This document shows positions 28,301-36,823 of a DNA stretch of 64,000 nucleotides, piece after piece. Every line of letters starts with the position of its first letter. The stretch's first letter is position 1. This stretch comes from Clostridiaceae bacterium (GTDB lineage: Bacteria; Bacillota; Clostridia; Oscillospirales; Acutalibacteraceae): NCBI GenBank assembly GCA_016297645.1, contig JAEDGF010000002.1, forward strand, positions 5,266-69,265. The letters run 5' to 3'. The notes below the pieces were generated by a model. It was not told the origin of the DNA. It ran no database searches and saw nothing but the letters and a program-made list of their open reading frames with translations. The position numbers were made by a program, and so were the translations under genes.

Positions 28301-29044
28301 GCGGATATCACTTCCTCATCGCTCGACGACCCCGATTCGCTCTATCATGACGGCGACAGAATTCGTCTGTTGTGCATCATGGCGACTGTCCGCAAAAAAA
28401 TCACAAAAAACAACACGACCATGGCATTTCTTTCAGTTGAAGATATTTACGGTTCTATCGAAGTGCTTGTTTTTCCGAAAACCTTTGATAAATACGGTAA
28501 ATTATTTGTTGAGGACGAAATAGTGCTGCTGAGCGCCCGTGTTTCGCTCCGTGACGACGAGGTGCCGAAGCTTCTGTGTGAAGAAGTTGTCCCGCTCAGC
28601 GAGATACCGAGCGACGAAGCCCTGTTAAAGGATTACAAGCTGCCCGGCAGGGAGTACAAAACGCCCCGAAGCGCATATTCTACATATTCTCCCGCTTCAT
28701 ACGATACGGCGGCAAACACGCAGACGGATTCCGCTTCCGGTACAGGCAGCTCTCATACAGCAGCTGCTGCACCTGCCGAGCGTCCATCCGCAGGTAGCTC
28801 CGAGCCGCAGAAAAAGCGCTCGCGTGCGGGAGTTTTCCTCAAAGTTTCATCCAGAGGGGGAGATGACTGCTACAAGGCTTCGAAAATGTGTGAAATATTC
28901 GTCGGTGAGCTTCCGGTTTTTTTCTATTATAATGACGAAAAATCATATAATTTTAATACCGGAATAACGATAGAAAACAACCCGAATCTCATGCACGGAC
29001 TGAAAAAGCTGCTCGGAGAGCAAAATGTCGTAGTTCGGGCGTAA
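25373..29044 (+). CDS. dnaE: DNA polymerase III alpha subunit (DnaE type) with an S/T/A-rich linker and extra C-terminal module
   Basis: PHP domain start FTHLHIHTEYSLLDGA and polymerase core (PDFDIDF, GLLKMDFLGL). 1223 aa. Confidence 0.93.
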   Translation: MTEFTHLHIHTEYSLLDGACRIKPLIKRVKELGMTSIAMTDHGVMYGAVDFYKACKDEGINGIIGCEVYVAQRTRFDKVHGLDSERYHLVLLCENETGYHNLIKMVSRAWTEGFYTKPRVDKELLEKYHEGLICLSACLAGEIPQAFLNNDYEKAKQTALWYQNVFGKDNYFLEIQDHGLEEQKRTNPMIIKLAHELNIPLVVTNDAHYILKEDAEIQKILVCIATKHTIDEDTGMGFSTEEFYVKSGDEMAALFPEVPEAVENTNKIAARCHVGFKFGDTKLPFFQVPNDQDHFEFFRDMCYNGMVKRYGKDYPPEYMDRLNYELGIINQMGFIDYFLIVWDYINYAKSVGIPVGPGRGSGAGSIAAFTCGITDIDPMRYSLLFERFLNPERVSMPDFDIDFCYERRQEVIEYVVRRYGADHVSQIATFGTLAAKGAVRDVGKVLGMSVAEAAAVTKEIPQELGMTIQKALETNQELKKMYDGSPMVKKVIDTSIKIEGMPRNTGMHAAGVVICDKPVDEYVPLFKSGDSVVTQYYKGWVEKLGLLKMDFLGLRTLTVIADAEKMIRKKDPDFSIENIDVDDQNVYKMLGEGGTFGVFQCESGGIRALMINMQPHNLEDIIAVIALYRPGPMDFIPAYLKNRQDPEHIQYHCPELKPILDVTYGTIVYQEQVMQIFRDLAGYSLGAADMVRRAVAKKQADVLAAQRKFFLYGSDGKDGGSKCDGCLKRGISEEAANKIFDDMASFASYAFNKSHSAAYALVTYRTAWLRKYYPQEFMAAMLTSVLDNTDKVVGYITECQTGLGFQVLPPSVNESEEKFTVVGDNVRFGLLAIKNLGSGVIQTIIKEREENGIYSSFNEFCRRCYGKDLNKRALESLIKSGACDCFGLYRNQMLLMIDEVLLSLENDKKSKIEGQIGLFDLGSALAKAVEIAPPNVPEMPQKEKLQNEKLTTGLYMSGHPMAEYTRMAQALGSAKTADITSSSLDDPDSLYHDGDRIRLLCIMATVRKKITKNNTTMAFLSVEDIYGSIEVLVFPKTFDKYGKLFVEDEIVLLSARVSLRDDEVPKLLCEEVVPLSEIPSDEALLKDYKLPGREYKTPRSAYSTYSPASYDTAANTQTDSASGTGSSHTAAAAPAERPSAGSSEPQKKRSRAGVFLKVSSRGGDDCYKASKMCEIFVGELPVFFYYNDEKSYNFNTGITIENNPNLMHGLKKLLGEQNVVVRA

Positions 29045-29157
29045 AAAAAGTGCGACTTGCGTCGAAAAACTGATTGTCTCAATTTTTATGTTGACAATAT
29101 TGTTTTTTAACATTATTATAGTATAGAATTTTATGTAATTGTTCGGAGGAAAATAAA

Positions 29158-30147
29158 ATGAAAACCATCGGTGTTTTAACAAGCGGCGGAGATGCTCCCG
29201 GAATGAATGCCGCAATACGAGCCGTAGCGAGAACCGGCTGTGAAAACGGTGCCCGCGTTCTCGGTATTCGCCGCGGCTTCGCCGGTCTTATGGAAGGCGA
29301 TATGCTTGAAATGAACATCAGGAGCGTATCGGATATAATTCACCGCGGCGGCACGATGCTTTACTCTGCAAGAAGTAAGACATTTTGCACCGAAGAAGGA
29401 ATGCAGCAGGCAATAAAGGTCTGCCGTGAAAATGAGATGGAAGGCATTGTCGTTATCGGCGGCGACGGTTCGTTCAGAGGCGCCCGTGACCTCAGCGTCA
29501 GGGGTATCAACTGCGTCGGTATTCCCGGGACAATTGATAATGATATCGCTTGCTGTGACTATACCATCGGTTATGATACCTGCCTTAACACCATTCAGGA
29601 AATGGTTGACAGAATAAGAGATACCAGCGAGTCGCACGACCGCTGCACAGTTGTCGAAGTCATGGGCAGAAGAGCCGGTTACCTGGCGCTCAATTCCGGT
29701 ATTGCGGTAGGCGCAACGGCTATTCTTATTCCCGAAATCGATTTCGATGTTGAGAAGGATGTCATTGAGAGAATGAAGCGCACTCAGGCAACGGGCAAAC
29801 GCCACTTTATCATTGTTGTTGCCGAGGGCGTAAAGGATAAGCTCGCAGCAGTCGGAATCGACGGAGTTGAAGGACTTGCAAAACGCATTGAGAGCGAACT
29901 CGGCGTAGAGAGCCGTGCGTGTGTTCTCGGTCATGTTCAGCGCGGCGGTTCTCCCACGGTAAAAGACAGAGTTGCCGCAAGCCGTATGGGTTCGTATGCT
30001 GCACATCTTCTCCTCAACGGCGTAGGAAACAGAGTTGTCGGAATGCAGAAGGACGAGATCGTCGACTATGATATAGTTGAAGCTCTCGAAATGAAAAAGC
30101 ACATCGACCTAAATCTCTACAAGATCGCAATGGAAATTTCCATATAA
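29158..30147 (+). CDS. pfkA: ATP-dependent 6-phosphofructokinase
   Basis: IGVLTSGGDAPGMNAAIRAV, GGDGS, PGTIDND and MGR motifs. Confidence 0.93.
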   Translation: MKTIGVLTSGGDAPGMNAAIRAVARTGCENGARVLGIRRGFAGLMEGDMLEMNIRSVSDIIHRGGTMLYSARSKTFCTEEGMQQAIKVCRENEMEGIVVIGGDGSFRGARDLSVRGINCVGIPGTIDNDIACCDYTIGYDTCLNTIQEMVDRIRDTSESHDRCTVVEVMGRRAGYLALNSGIAVGATAILIPEIDFDVEKDVIERMKRTQATGKRHFIIVVAEGVKDKLAAVGIDGVEGLAKRIESELGVESRACVLGHVQRGGSPTVKDRVAASRMGSYAAHLLLNGVGNRVVGMQKDEIVDYDIVEALEMKKHIDLNLYKIAMEISI

Positions 30148-30171
30148 AAGTTTTACCGCACTTTATTTATT

Positions 30172-30200
30172 GGGCTGCCGTCAATGCGGCAGTCCTTTTT
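30172..30200 (+). terminator. Intrinsic terminator after pfkA
   Basis: gggctgccg / cggcagtcc stem with a 6-nt loop, followed by ttttt. Confidence 0.7.
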
Positions 30201-30215
30201 AGGTTATAGTTAAAA

Positions 30216-31229
30216 ATGAAAAAGTATTATCCTTCTTTTTATCATACATCAAGTTGTTTTGCAGGGCACTGCCCGGATACCTGCTGCGCAGGCTGGGAAA
30301 TTCCTTTGTCGGAGCAGGACAAAGAGCGGTTTCGTACCTTCATCCCGGCAGACTATTTTTCCGACGGAATCATAGCGATTGACGAAAAAGGGGATTCGTG
30401 CTTCAAATTGAGCGGCGGCAGTTGTCCGTTCCTGAATAGAGAAAATCTGTGCAGAATCAGGCTTGATTTTTCGCATGAGCTTACGCCCGATGTCTGCCGC
30501 CAGTATCCGCTGTTTATCGAGGAATACGACACTTTTACGGAGTGCTGTCCATCCTTGTCGTGTCCGTCAGTGTGTGAGAGTATCTTTGCGCAGCGCCGCT
30601 TGATGCCGGTTTTTCCCGATCCTGATTATAACGGTGAAGATGAATTTTTGAATTCACTAATTTTAACAAGAAGTAAAGTGCTTTCATTTATCGAAAAAAC
30701 ACAGGAAAACATACAAACTGTTTATGCTGATATTGTTGAATATGCTTCTGCTGCCGAGTCTATGTCATATTCTGCGCAGCCTGTACCCGAAACCGGCAAC
30801 ACCGATACCGGCGCAGCAGTGCAGAAATATATATCGGATTTTGAAACGCTTACAGACGGTTTTATTAAATGCCTGTGTAAAGACTGCGATATACTTACCG
30901 AAAAATGGATGAACATGGTGCGTTCTGCATCGGCTGTTCCGTTCGATTTTCGGGATTTCTCTTTTGTTTTGGCAGAGGATAACAAACGATTCCTTCAATA
31001 TTTTGTTTACAGGTACTGGCTGAAATCCGTCAATGATGATTGCGCCATTCCGTACGCATATTTTATAATGCTGTGTGATGCGGCGTGCGTACACATCAGC
31101 CGTGTTTCCGGCGTTCCTTTCAGTGAAACGGCTCGTCTGTTTTCAAAAGAAACGGAGCATGATTCTGATAATGTTGACTGTTTGCTTGATTTTGTATTCG
31201 AAACGATATTCAATAATTGTGACTTGTGA
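30216..31229 (+). CDS. Cys-rich protein of the YkgJ/FliB (flagellin lysine-N-methylase-like) family
   Basis: N-terminal CFAGHCPDTCCAGWEIPL and downstream CPFL..ENLCRI pattern. The family call is by motif memory only. Confidence 0.45.
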   Translation: MKKYYPSFYHTSSCFAGHCPDTCCAGWEIPLSEQDKERFRTFIPADYFSDGIIAIDEKGDSCFKLSGGSCPFLNRENLCRIRLDFSHELTPDVCRQYPLFIEEYDTFTECCPSLSCPSVCESIFAQRRLMPVFPDPDYNGEDEFLNSLILTRSKVLSFIEKTQENIQTVYADIVEYASAAESMSYSAQPVPETGNTDTGAAVQKYISDFETLTDGFIKCLCKDCDILTEKWMNMVRSASAVPFDFRDFSFVLAEDNKRFLQYFVYRYWLKSVNDDCAIPYAYFIMLCDAACVHISRVSGVPFSETARLFSKETEHDSDNVDCLLDFVFETIFNNCDL

Positions 31230-31303
31230 CAAAAAACTGTTTGACTTTATTTTTTTCGCAGTGTTAAAATTGTTATAAAGAAAAAAACAGAGAGGTTCAA
31301 AAA

Positions 31304-32512
31304 ATGACAAAGAAAATTCTATCCGTATTTCTTGCCGTACTGATGGTTTTCGTCTGTGCCGTTACGGCTTTCGCAGCCCCCGAAAAACACACGCTCCGTT
31401 TCTCGGAGGATGGAAAATTCAAGATAATTCACATCACCGACATTCAGGACGATTACCCCATGTCACCCGTTGCAAAACAGTTTATTAAAGAAATACTCAG
31501 AAACTATCAGCCCGATCTTGTTGTTCTCGGCGGCGACAATACGGTATCCGCAAAAGAGGACAAAGAGGCATCGATAAAAGAGATGTGCGATATTTTTGTC
31601 GAGAGCGGCACATATTTTACTCAGGTTTTCGGCAACCACGACGCCCAGCAGGGGTACGACCGTGAGGAGCTTTTCCCAATGTATGTCAAATATGGCGGAG
31701 AATACTTCCTCGGTTATGATGCGGCAAATGTCGACGGCTCGGATATGACGGGTGTCGGAACGCACAACCTCACCGTAAAAAGCTCCGACGGCACAAAGAC
31801 CGCTTATAACCTCTATATGTTCGATTCGAATATGTATGTTTCGGACGAAAACGGCAACGAGCTGGGATATGACTGCGTCAATCCCGATCAGATAGAGTGG
31901 TACAAGCACACTTCCGCCGCGCTTAAAGCCGAAAACGGCGGTGTTACCGTTCCCGCGCTTGCTTTCCAGCACATTATAGTTCAGGAAGCATTTGATCAGC
32001 TTTTCTATAAATCTCCCGTTTCTCTCGGCTCTGCCGGCAGAGATTTCGACGGCGTAAGCTATACTTATCTGCCCAAGCTCTCCGCAATAAGGGACGGACT
32101 TTTGTTTGAAGCGCCCTGTCCCGGTTATTTTAACCACGGTCAGTTTGCCGCAATGGTTGAAACGGGCGATGTAAAGGCAATCTTTTCCGGACATGATCAT
32201 GTCAACGACTTCACCGTAACGCTTGACGGCATTAATATTACAAACACCGCAGCTGCCACAATGCACTCCTACGGTAATGATTATAACCGCGGCGCTCGTC
32301 TTATCGTTCTTGACGAAAGTGACCTCTCCACATACGAAACCTCCAACATCACATATGCCGAAACCGCTCTTCGCGAGGACTCGGAGCTTTCAAAGATGGA
32401 CGGCGGAATCTCAAAAGCCCACGCATCATTTGCGATTGCCTTCGGCAGTTTCCTTAAAGCACTTGTTCGCCTTCTCGGCGTGTTTACAATGCTGTCCGAT
32501 AAGATTTGCTGA
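31304..32512 (+). CDS. Secreted calcineurin-like metallophosphoesterase
   Basis: Signal peptide (ILSVFLAVLMVFVCAVTAFA). Motifs DIQD, GGDN, GNHD and GHDH. Confidence 0.8.
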   Translation: MTKKILSVFLAVLMVFVCAVTAFAAPEKHTLRFSEDGKFKIIHITDIQDDYPMSPVAKQFIKEILRNYQPDLVVLGGDNTVSAKEDKEASIKEMCDIFVESGTYFTQVFGNHDAQQGYDREELFPMYVKYGGEYFLGYDAANVDGSDMTGVGTHNLTVKSSDGTKTAYNLYMFDSNMYVSDENGNELGYDCVNPDQIEWYKHTSAALKAENGGVTVPALAFQHIIVQEAFDQLFYKSPVSLGSAGRDFDGVSYTYLPKLSAIRDGLLFEAPCPGYFNHGQFAAMVETGDVKAIFSGHDHVNDFTVTLDGINITNTAAATMHSYGNDYNRGARLIVLDESDLSTYETSNITYAETALREDSELSKMDGGISKAHASFAIAFGSFLKALVRLLGVFTMLSDKIC

Positions 32513-32633
32513 ATAATTTATATATAATTTTTGAATAATCGGTAAATTTATTATTGAAAAGCCAAAATACAGTAGACAGCGGCAGTTTTATGTAATAAAA
32601 TAGTAAACAAATTGCATCGGAGGAGGCAAATAA

Positions 32634-34166
32634 ATGAAAACCGTATTTCTTACCGGCGGTACCGGCACCATGGGTTGGGCTGCTTTCAAAGAGCTTTATA
32701 AGCAGAAGGATGTAAAAATTAACTTCCTCGCAAGACCCAGCGACAAAAACAAAGAGCTTCTTCTTCCTTACATGGGCAAGAAGAATGTTGAGATCATCTG
32801 GGGTGATTTCCTTGATTACGATTCGATTCTCAAAGGAATAACAGGCTGCGATTATGTCCTTCACATCGGCGGAATGGTTTCCCCGCAGGCTGACTATAAG
32901 CCCTATACCACGAGAAAAGTCAATGTCGGCGCTGCCGAGAACATCTGCAAAGCTGTCCTCAGCCAGCCCAATGCAGATGATATTAAAGTTTGCTACATAG
33001 GTTCCGTCGCCGAAACAGGCGACAGAAACTATCCCATCCACTGGGGACGCTGCGGCGACCCGATAAAGATCTCCGTATACGACCACTATGCTATCTCTAA
33101 GGTTATGGCAGAGCGTGTTTTTGTTGAAAGCGGCATAAAGCACTGGGCAGTAATGCGTCAGTCCGGAATTCTTTATTCGGCAATACTCCATAACATGGAG
33201 CCTATCATGTACCATGTTCCGCTTAACGGAATGCTTGAATGGTGTACCGTCGAGGATGCAGGTCGTCTTATGTGCAACTTTGTAACAACCGATCTCCCCG
33301 ATGAATTCTGGGGCAAGTTCTACAACATCGGTTCCGGTAAGCAGTACCGTCTTACGAACTTCGAATTCGAAGAGCTTCTTCTCGGCTGCATCGGACTCGG
33401 TTCACCCAAGACTCTCTTTGACCCCAACTGGTTTACAATCAAAAACTTCCACGGCCAGTACTATGCAGACAGTGATCTTCTTGAAAACTATCTTCACTTC
33501 CGTGCGAATATGCCCGTTAAGGATTATTTCGATTATCTCGCAAGCCAGTGCGAATTCTATTTCAGACTTCCCAAGTATATCCCGTTCAAGAAGCTTATCG
33601 GCGCTTGTGCAAAGCCCTTCATGAAGAAGATTGCAATGACCGAAAAGTGGGGTACGCTTGACTGGGTCAAGACAAAAGATCCTGTTCGTATGTCCGCATA
33701 TTACGGTTCATATGCCGATTATCTTAAAATTCCGTCAAAATGGGATCAGTTCAAGCTCGAAAGCCCCGATAAGAGCAATGAAGCTGCCGAGCAGTACAAG
33801 CTCGACCACGGCTATGATGAGTCCAAGCCCCTTTCGGAGCTTACTCTTGCCGATATGAAAAAGGCTGCACAGTTCAGAGGCGGCGAGTGCCTTTCCGCAA
33901 AGATGAAGAAGGGCGACATGACCACCAAGCTTCGCTGGAAGTGCGGCTGTTGCGGTGCCGAATTTGAAGCAAGCCCCACGCTTATCCTTCTCGGCGGTCA
34001 CTGGTGTCCCGAATGCTACCTTCCCGAAAAGGTTTGGAATTATGACGAGATAGCAAAGACCAATCCCTTCTTTGCACAGGTCTGGTACACCAACCACACT
34101 AAGGATGAGCATAATGTATACCGCTTTGACGACATTTTCAAGGGTTGGGAATCTAAAAAGATATAA
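32634..34166 (+). CDS. NAD-dependent epimerase/dehydratase-family protein with a C-terminal Cys4 zinc-ribbon-like extension
   Basis: Rossmann start VFLTGGTGTMGWAAF. C-terminal CGCCG...CPEC. Confidence 0.65.
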   Translation: MKTVFLTGGTGTMGWAAFKELYKQKDVKINFLARPSDKNKELLLPYMGKKNVEIIWGDFLDYDSILKGITGCDYVLHIGGMVSPQADYKPYTTRKVNVGAAENICKAVLSQPNADDIKVCYIGSVAETGDRNYPIHWGRCGDPIKISVYDHYAISKVMAERVFVESGIKHWAVMRQSGILYSAILHNMEPIMYHVPLNGMLEWCTVEDAGRLMCNFVTTDLPDEFWGKFYNIGSGKQYRLTNFEFEELLLGCIGLGSPKTLFDPNWFTIKNFHGQYYADSDLLENYLHFRANMPVKDYFDYLASQCEFYFRLPKYIPFKKLIGACAKPFMKKIAMTEKWGTLDWVKTKDPVRMSAYYGSYADYLKIPSKWDQFKLESPDKSNEAAEQYKLDHGYDESKPLSELTLADMKKAAQFRGGECLSAKMKKGDMTTKLRWKCGCCGAEFEASPTLILLGGHWCPECYLPEKVWNYDEIAKTNPFFAQVWYTNHTKDEHNVYRFDDIFKGWESKKI

Positions 34167-34190
34167 CGATTTCTAAACGGTAATTTTTAT

Positions 34191-34248
34191 TCCCGTGCCG
34201 GTTTTTCCGACAGTCGCAAACTGCTTGAAGCCCGGCACGGGATTTTTT
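34191..34248 (+). terminator. Intrinsic terminator
   Basis: 11-bp stem tcccgtgccgg / ccggcacggga followed by tttttt. Confidence 0.8.
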
Positions 34249-34254
34249 AATATT

Positions 34255-34303
34255 CTTATAAAAAAGCACCGCCGCAATTCTGTCGTTTCGAATTGCAGCG
34301 GCT
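34255..34303 (-). terminator. Intrinsic terminator for the minus-strand operon
   Basis: On the minus strand, gccgctgcaattc / gaattgcggcgg is followed by tgctttttt. Confidence 0.7.
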
Positions 34304-34321
34304 CTTTTCGTATCTGATTTT

Positions 34322-35803
34322 TTATTTGCTTTTCTTAAAAACTTTCTTTATCGTTCTGTAAACGAGAGGTTCGCCGTTGGGGAAAACCCATGAATATCCG
34401 TCGCATTTGCCTATCTCGGAAGCCGAAAGGGGGAGAAATGCGTCCGTGATCCTCAAAAATGTATCGGTTTGCTCATACATAAGGTCGATATCAAACTTGT
34501 CCATTTCATCGTTTTCACTTATAACAGTCAGGCAGTCGGGTGCCGTGACAAGAGATATCTCGGGGATACCGCAGTTGAACGGAGGCTGTCCTTCACCGAA
34601 ATGCAGAAAATTATGCCCTCTGAGCGTAACCGTATTCACTTTTTCTCTGCCTTCAAGACATTCAAAATAGATTCTGTCAAGAGTGTCGTTGCCGGTGTAA
34701 ACCAACTCGGTTTCAACATCGCCAACCTTCTGATAGACACCGAAGCGGTCCTTCCACATCACGCTTCCGAGGTGTTCTATTGATACGCAGGCAACAGCTT
34801 TTATGTGGCCGTTTTTCCCGTCCCAAAGGTCAGTGTGAGAAGCAAGCCATTTCGATGTTGCCTGAACTCCTCCGCCTGCCGCTGTTTTGAAATTGGGAAG
34901 TCTGAAATGACCGGTGGCAAAAACGAAAATCAGAGTTCTGTCGAGCTTTTTCTCTTTGAAGTATTTCAGCATCGTAAGCATTGCGAGAGGACCGTTTTCC
35001 TCAATGCAGTTCGTGCCGTCCGTATGCGTGTTTATCAATATCGCCTCGGATTTGTTTTCACCGGGCAAAATGCAGTAGAATGTTTCGGTGCTGCAATTGT
35101 ATTCCTTTTCGGCTTCGACCGTCAGAGTTGACTGTATGTGTCTTTTCGCAGCCGAAATCACCGTCTGACCGTCCGTAGCGTTTACCCAAACGCAGGGCAG
35201 TCCCTGATAATCGAGTATAAAGGGGAGATACTGTCCCTCTATCATGTCGTCGCTCATGCCCTCCCATACGCAAATGACGGCTTTGCAGCCGGCTGCCTTT
35301 GCGTTCTGCAAAAACGGGAAATTTACAAAAGAGGTCGCAACGGGGCCGTTGTATTTTTCGGGAATGGAAGCGCTTTCCGGCAAACGGTTTCTTATATGAA
35401 ACGCTATCGTGCTGGGCAGGAAGTTCATTTCATCGATTTTTACTACCGCAATTTTTCCGGCAAGTCCGAGGAAGCCGAGACGCTGGTCTGTAATCAGCGA
35501 AAGCTCGGCTGTTATGCCGTTTTCATCGGTTTCTCCCGAATAAGGGAAAACGGAGGAGATATGAACATCGTTGTCACCGGTTTCGTCATGGATAACAAGT
35601 GAAGAACGCTTTTCTTCCCAGCGGTTGAAAAAGTACGGATCTGAATATGTTTCTATTCCGAGAGAATGTATCTCGTTTTTGAGATATTCGATAAAGCCTT
35701 TATGTGCGGCATTTCCCGTAAGACGCGGCCCGAAGGAATTCATCTTTTCGACCTGCCGGAGCATTTCGTCTTTTGTAATGAGATTTTGAACGGTAACTGT
35801 CAT
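34322..35803 (-). CDS. Uncharacterised protein, possibly a PA-domain/M28-like peptidase-fold protein
   Basis: 493 aa. The layout resembles M28 with an inserted PA domain (GKIAVVK...; INTHTDG). No secure catalytic motif was found. The start overlaps the stop of the PHP gene. Confidence 0.35.
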   Translation of the reverse strand: MTVTVQNLITKDEMLRQVEKMNSFGPRLTGNAAHKGFIEYLKNEIHSLGIETYSDPYFFNRWEEKRSSLVIHDETGDNDVHISSVFPYSGETDENGITAELSLITDQRLGFLGLAGKIAVVKIDEMNFLPSTIAFHIRNRLPESASIPEKYNGPVATSFVNFPFLQNAKAAGCKAVICVWEGMSDDMIEGQYLPFILDYQGLPCVWVNATDGQTVISAAKRHIQSTLTVEAEKEYNCSTETFYCILPGENKSEAILINTHTDGTNCIEENGPLAMLTMLKYFKEKKLDRTLIFVFATGHFRLPNFKTAAGGGVQATSKWLASHTDLWDGKNGHIKAVACVSIEHLGSVMWKDRFGVYQKVGDVETELVYTGNDTLDRIYFECLEGREKVNTVTLRGHNFLHFGEGQPPFNCGIPEISLVTAPDCLTVISENDEMDKFDIDLMYEQTDTFLRITDAFLPLSASEIGKCDGYSWVFPNGEPLVYRTIKKVFKKSK

Positions 35804-36633
35804 TTTGAGTTGTCCTCCAAGATATTATAGCTTATTTTTTTGCGTTTTTCATAGTAATTGAGCCGTGTCACACCGAGCGAGAGTAAAAGCTTTATTCCCG
35901 CATCAAGTCCGCATCCCATCTTTTCGGGAAGATGTGCGTCCGAGCCGATAGTAAAATCAGTTCCGCCGAGCGAAAGATATTTCTTCATTATTACTTCGTC
36001 CGGCATGAAAAACGGATCGGAACCGCAATAACCGGAGGTGTTGAGTTCGAGTGATTTTCCGCGCTCTATAACAGCCTGTAATATACTCGTGATTTTTTTT
36101 TCAAATACACTAATATCAACTTTTTTGCCGTATTTATGAATAATATAGCGAAGCGGAACCGTAAGGTGGCTGAGAGAATCATAGTCGGTATATTTTGCAG
36201 TCTGTTCAAGGTCGGAAAAATACTGTAAAAGATATCTTTCCGTCAGTTCGTCGTCCCAAGATGTAAAGTCGATCCCGGAGAAAAACTGCGTCCAACCTTC
36301 CATCTGAACAGAGTGTACCGACCCCATAACAATATCCCAGTCCTTCGCATTGAGAATCCGTTTCTCGTACTCGGCGGACAAAATCGCCTCTGCTACTTCA
36401 ACTCCGGAAAAAATTTTTATCTCGGGGTGAAGGCGTTTCTGTTCGGCGGCATCTGCGGCAGTTCCTTCGATTATTGCGTCATTGTAATCGAACATACACG
36501 GGTCGCAGTCGATATGATCGGTGATTGCATACCCGAAAAGACCGCAATTGACGGCGGCGGCAGTCATTTTCTCCGGAACAGCCTCGGAATCAAGCGAATT
36601 TCTTGTGTGTGAATGGCAGTTAAAAATCTTCAT
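35800..36633 (-). CDS. PHP-family phosphoesterase (HisJ-type histidinol-phosphatase-like)
   Basis: MKIFNCHSHT start preceded by GAGGA, with DH/GSDAH motifs. The promoter at 36663-36691 places the TSS downstream of the longer 36675 start. Confidence 0.7.
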   Translation of the reverse strand: MKIFNCHSHTRNSLDSEAVPEKMTAAAVNCGLFGYAITDHIDCDPCMFDYNDAIIEGTAADAAEQKRLHPEIKIFSGVEVAEAILSAEYEKRILNAKDWDIVMGSVHSVQMEGWTQFFSGIDFTSWDDELTERYLLQYFSDLEQTAKYTDYDSLSHLTVPLRYIIHKYGKKVDISVFEKKITSILQAVIERGKSLELNTSGYCGSDPFFMPDEVIMKKYLSLGGTDFTIGSDAHLPEKMGCGLDAGIKLLLSLGVTRLNYYEKRKKISYNILEDNSK

Positions 36634-36662
36634 TATTTTATCCTCAAAAAAAGTTATATCAT

Positions 36663-36691
36663 ATTTTACTAACAAAATATTAACAATTCAA
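36663..36691 (-). promoter_or_regulatory. SigA-type promoter (TTGAAT-17-TAAAAT, minus strand)
   Basis: -35 is the reverse complement of 36686-36691 and -10 of 36663-36668. Confidence 0.55.
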
Positions 36692-36760
36692 GTACAAACA
36701 CAATTATTTTCGTTTTTTATTATAATTCGGATAATTAAAATGAAAATAAACCGTATTTAA

Positions 36761-36799
36761 ACACCCCTGAAATACCGCGGTCGGCATTTTCAGGGGTGT
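36761..36799 (-). terminator. Hairpin terminator after the GPH symporter gene
   Basis: 12-bp stem acacccctgaaa / tttcaggggtgt. The U-tract on the minus strand is only moderate (tttaaat). Confidence 0.55.
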
Positions 36800-36823
36800 T
36801 CGAAAGCAAGTCTTTATGTGTTT

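Noticed and set aside
29176-30102. 308-aa minus-strand ORF
   Set aside because: It is antisense to pfkA across its full length and is a shadow ORF.
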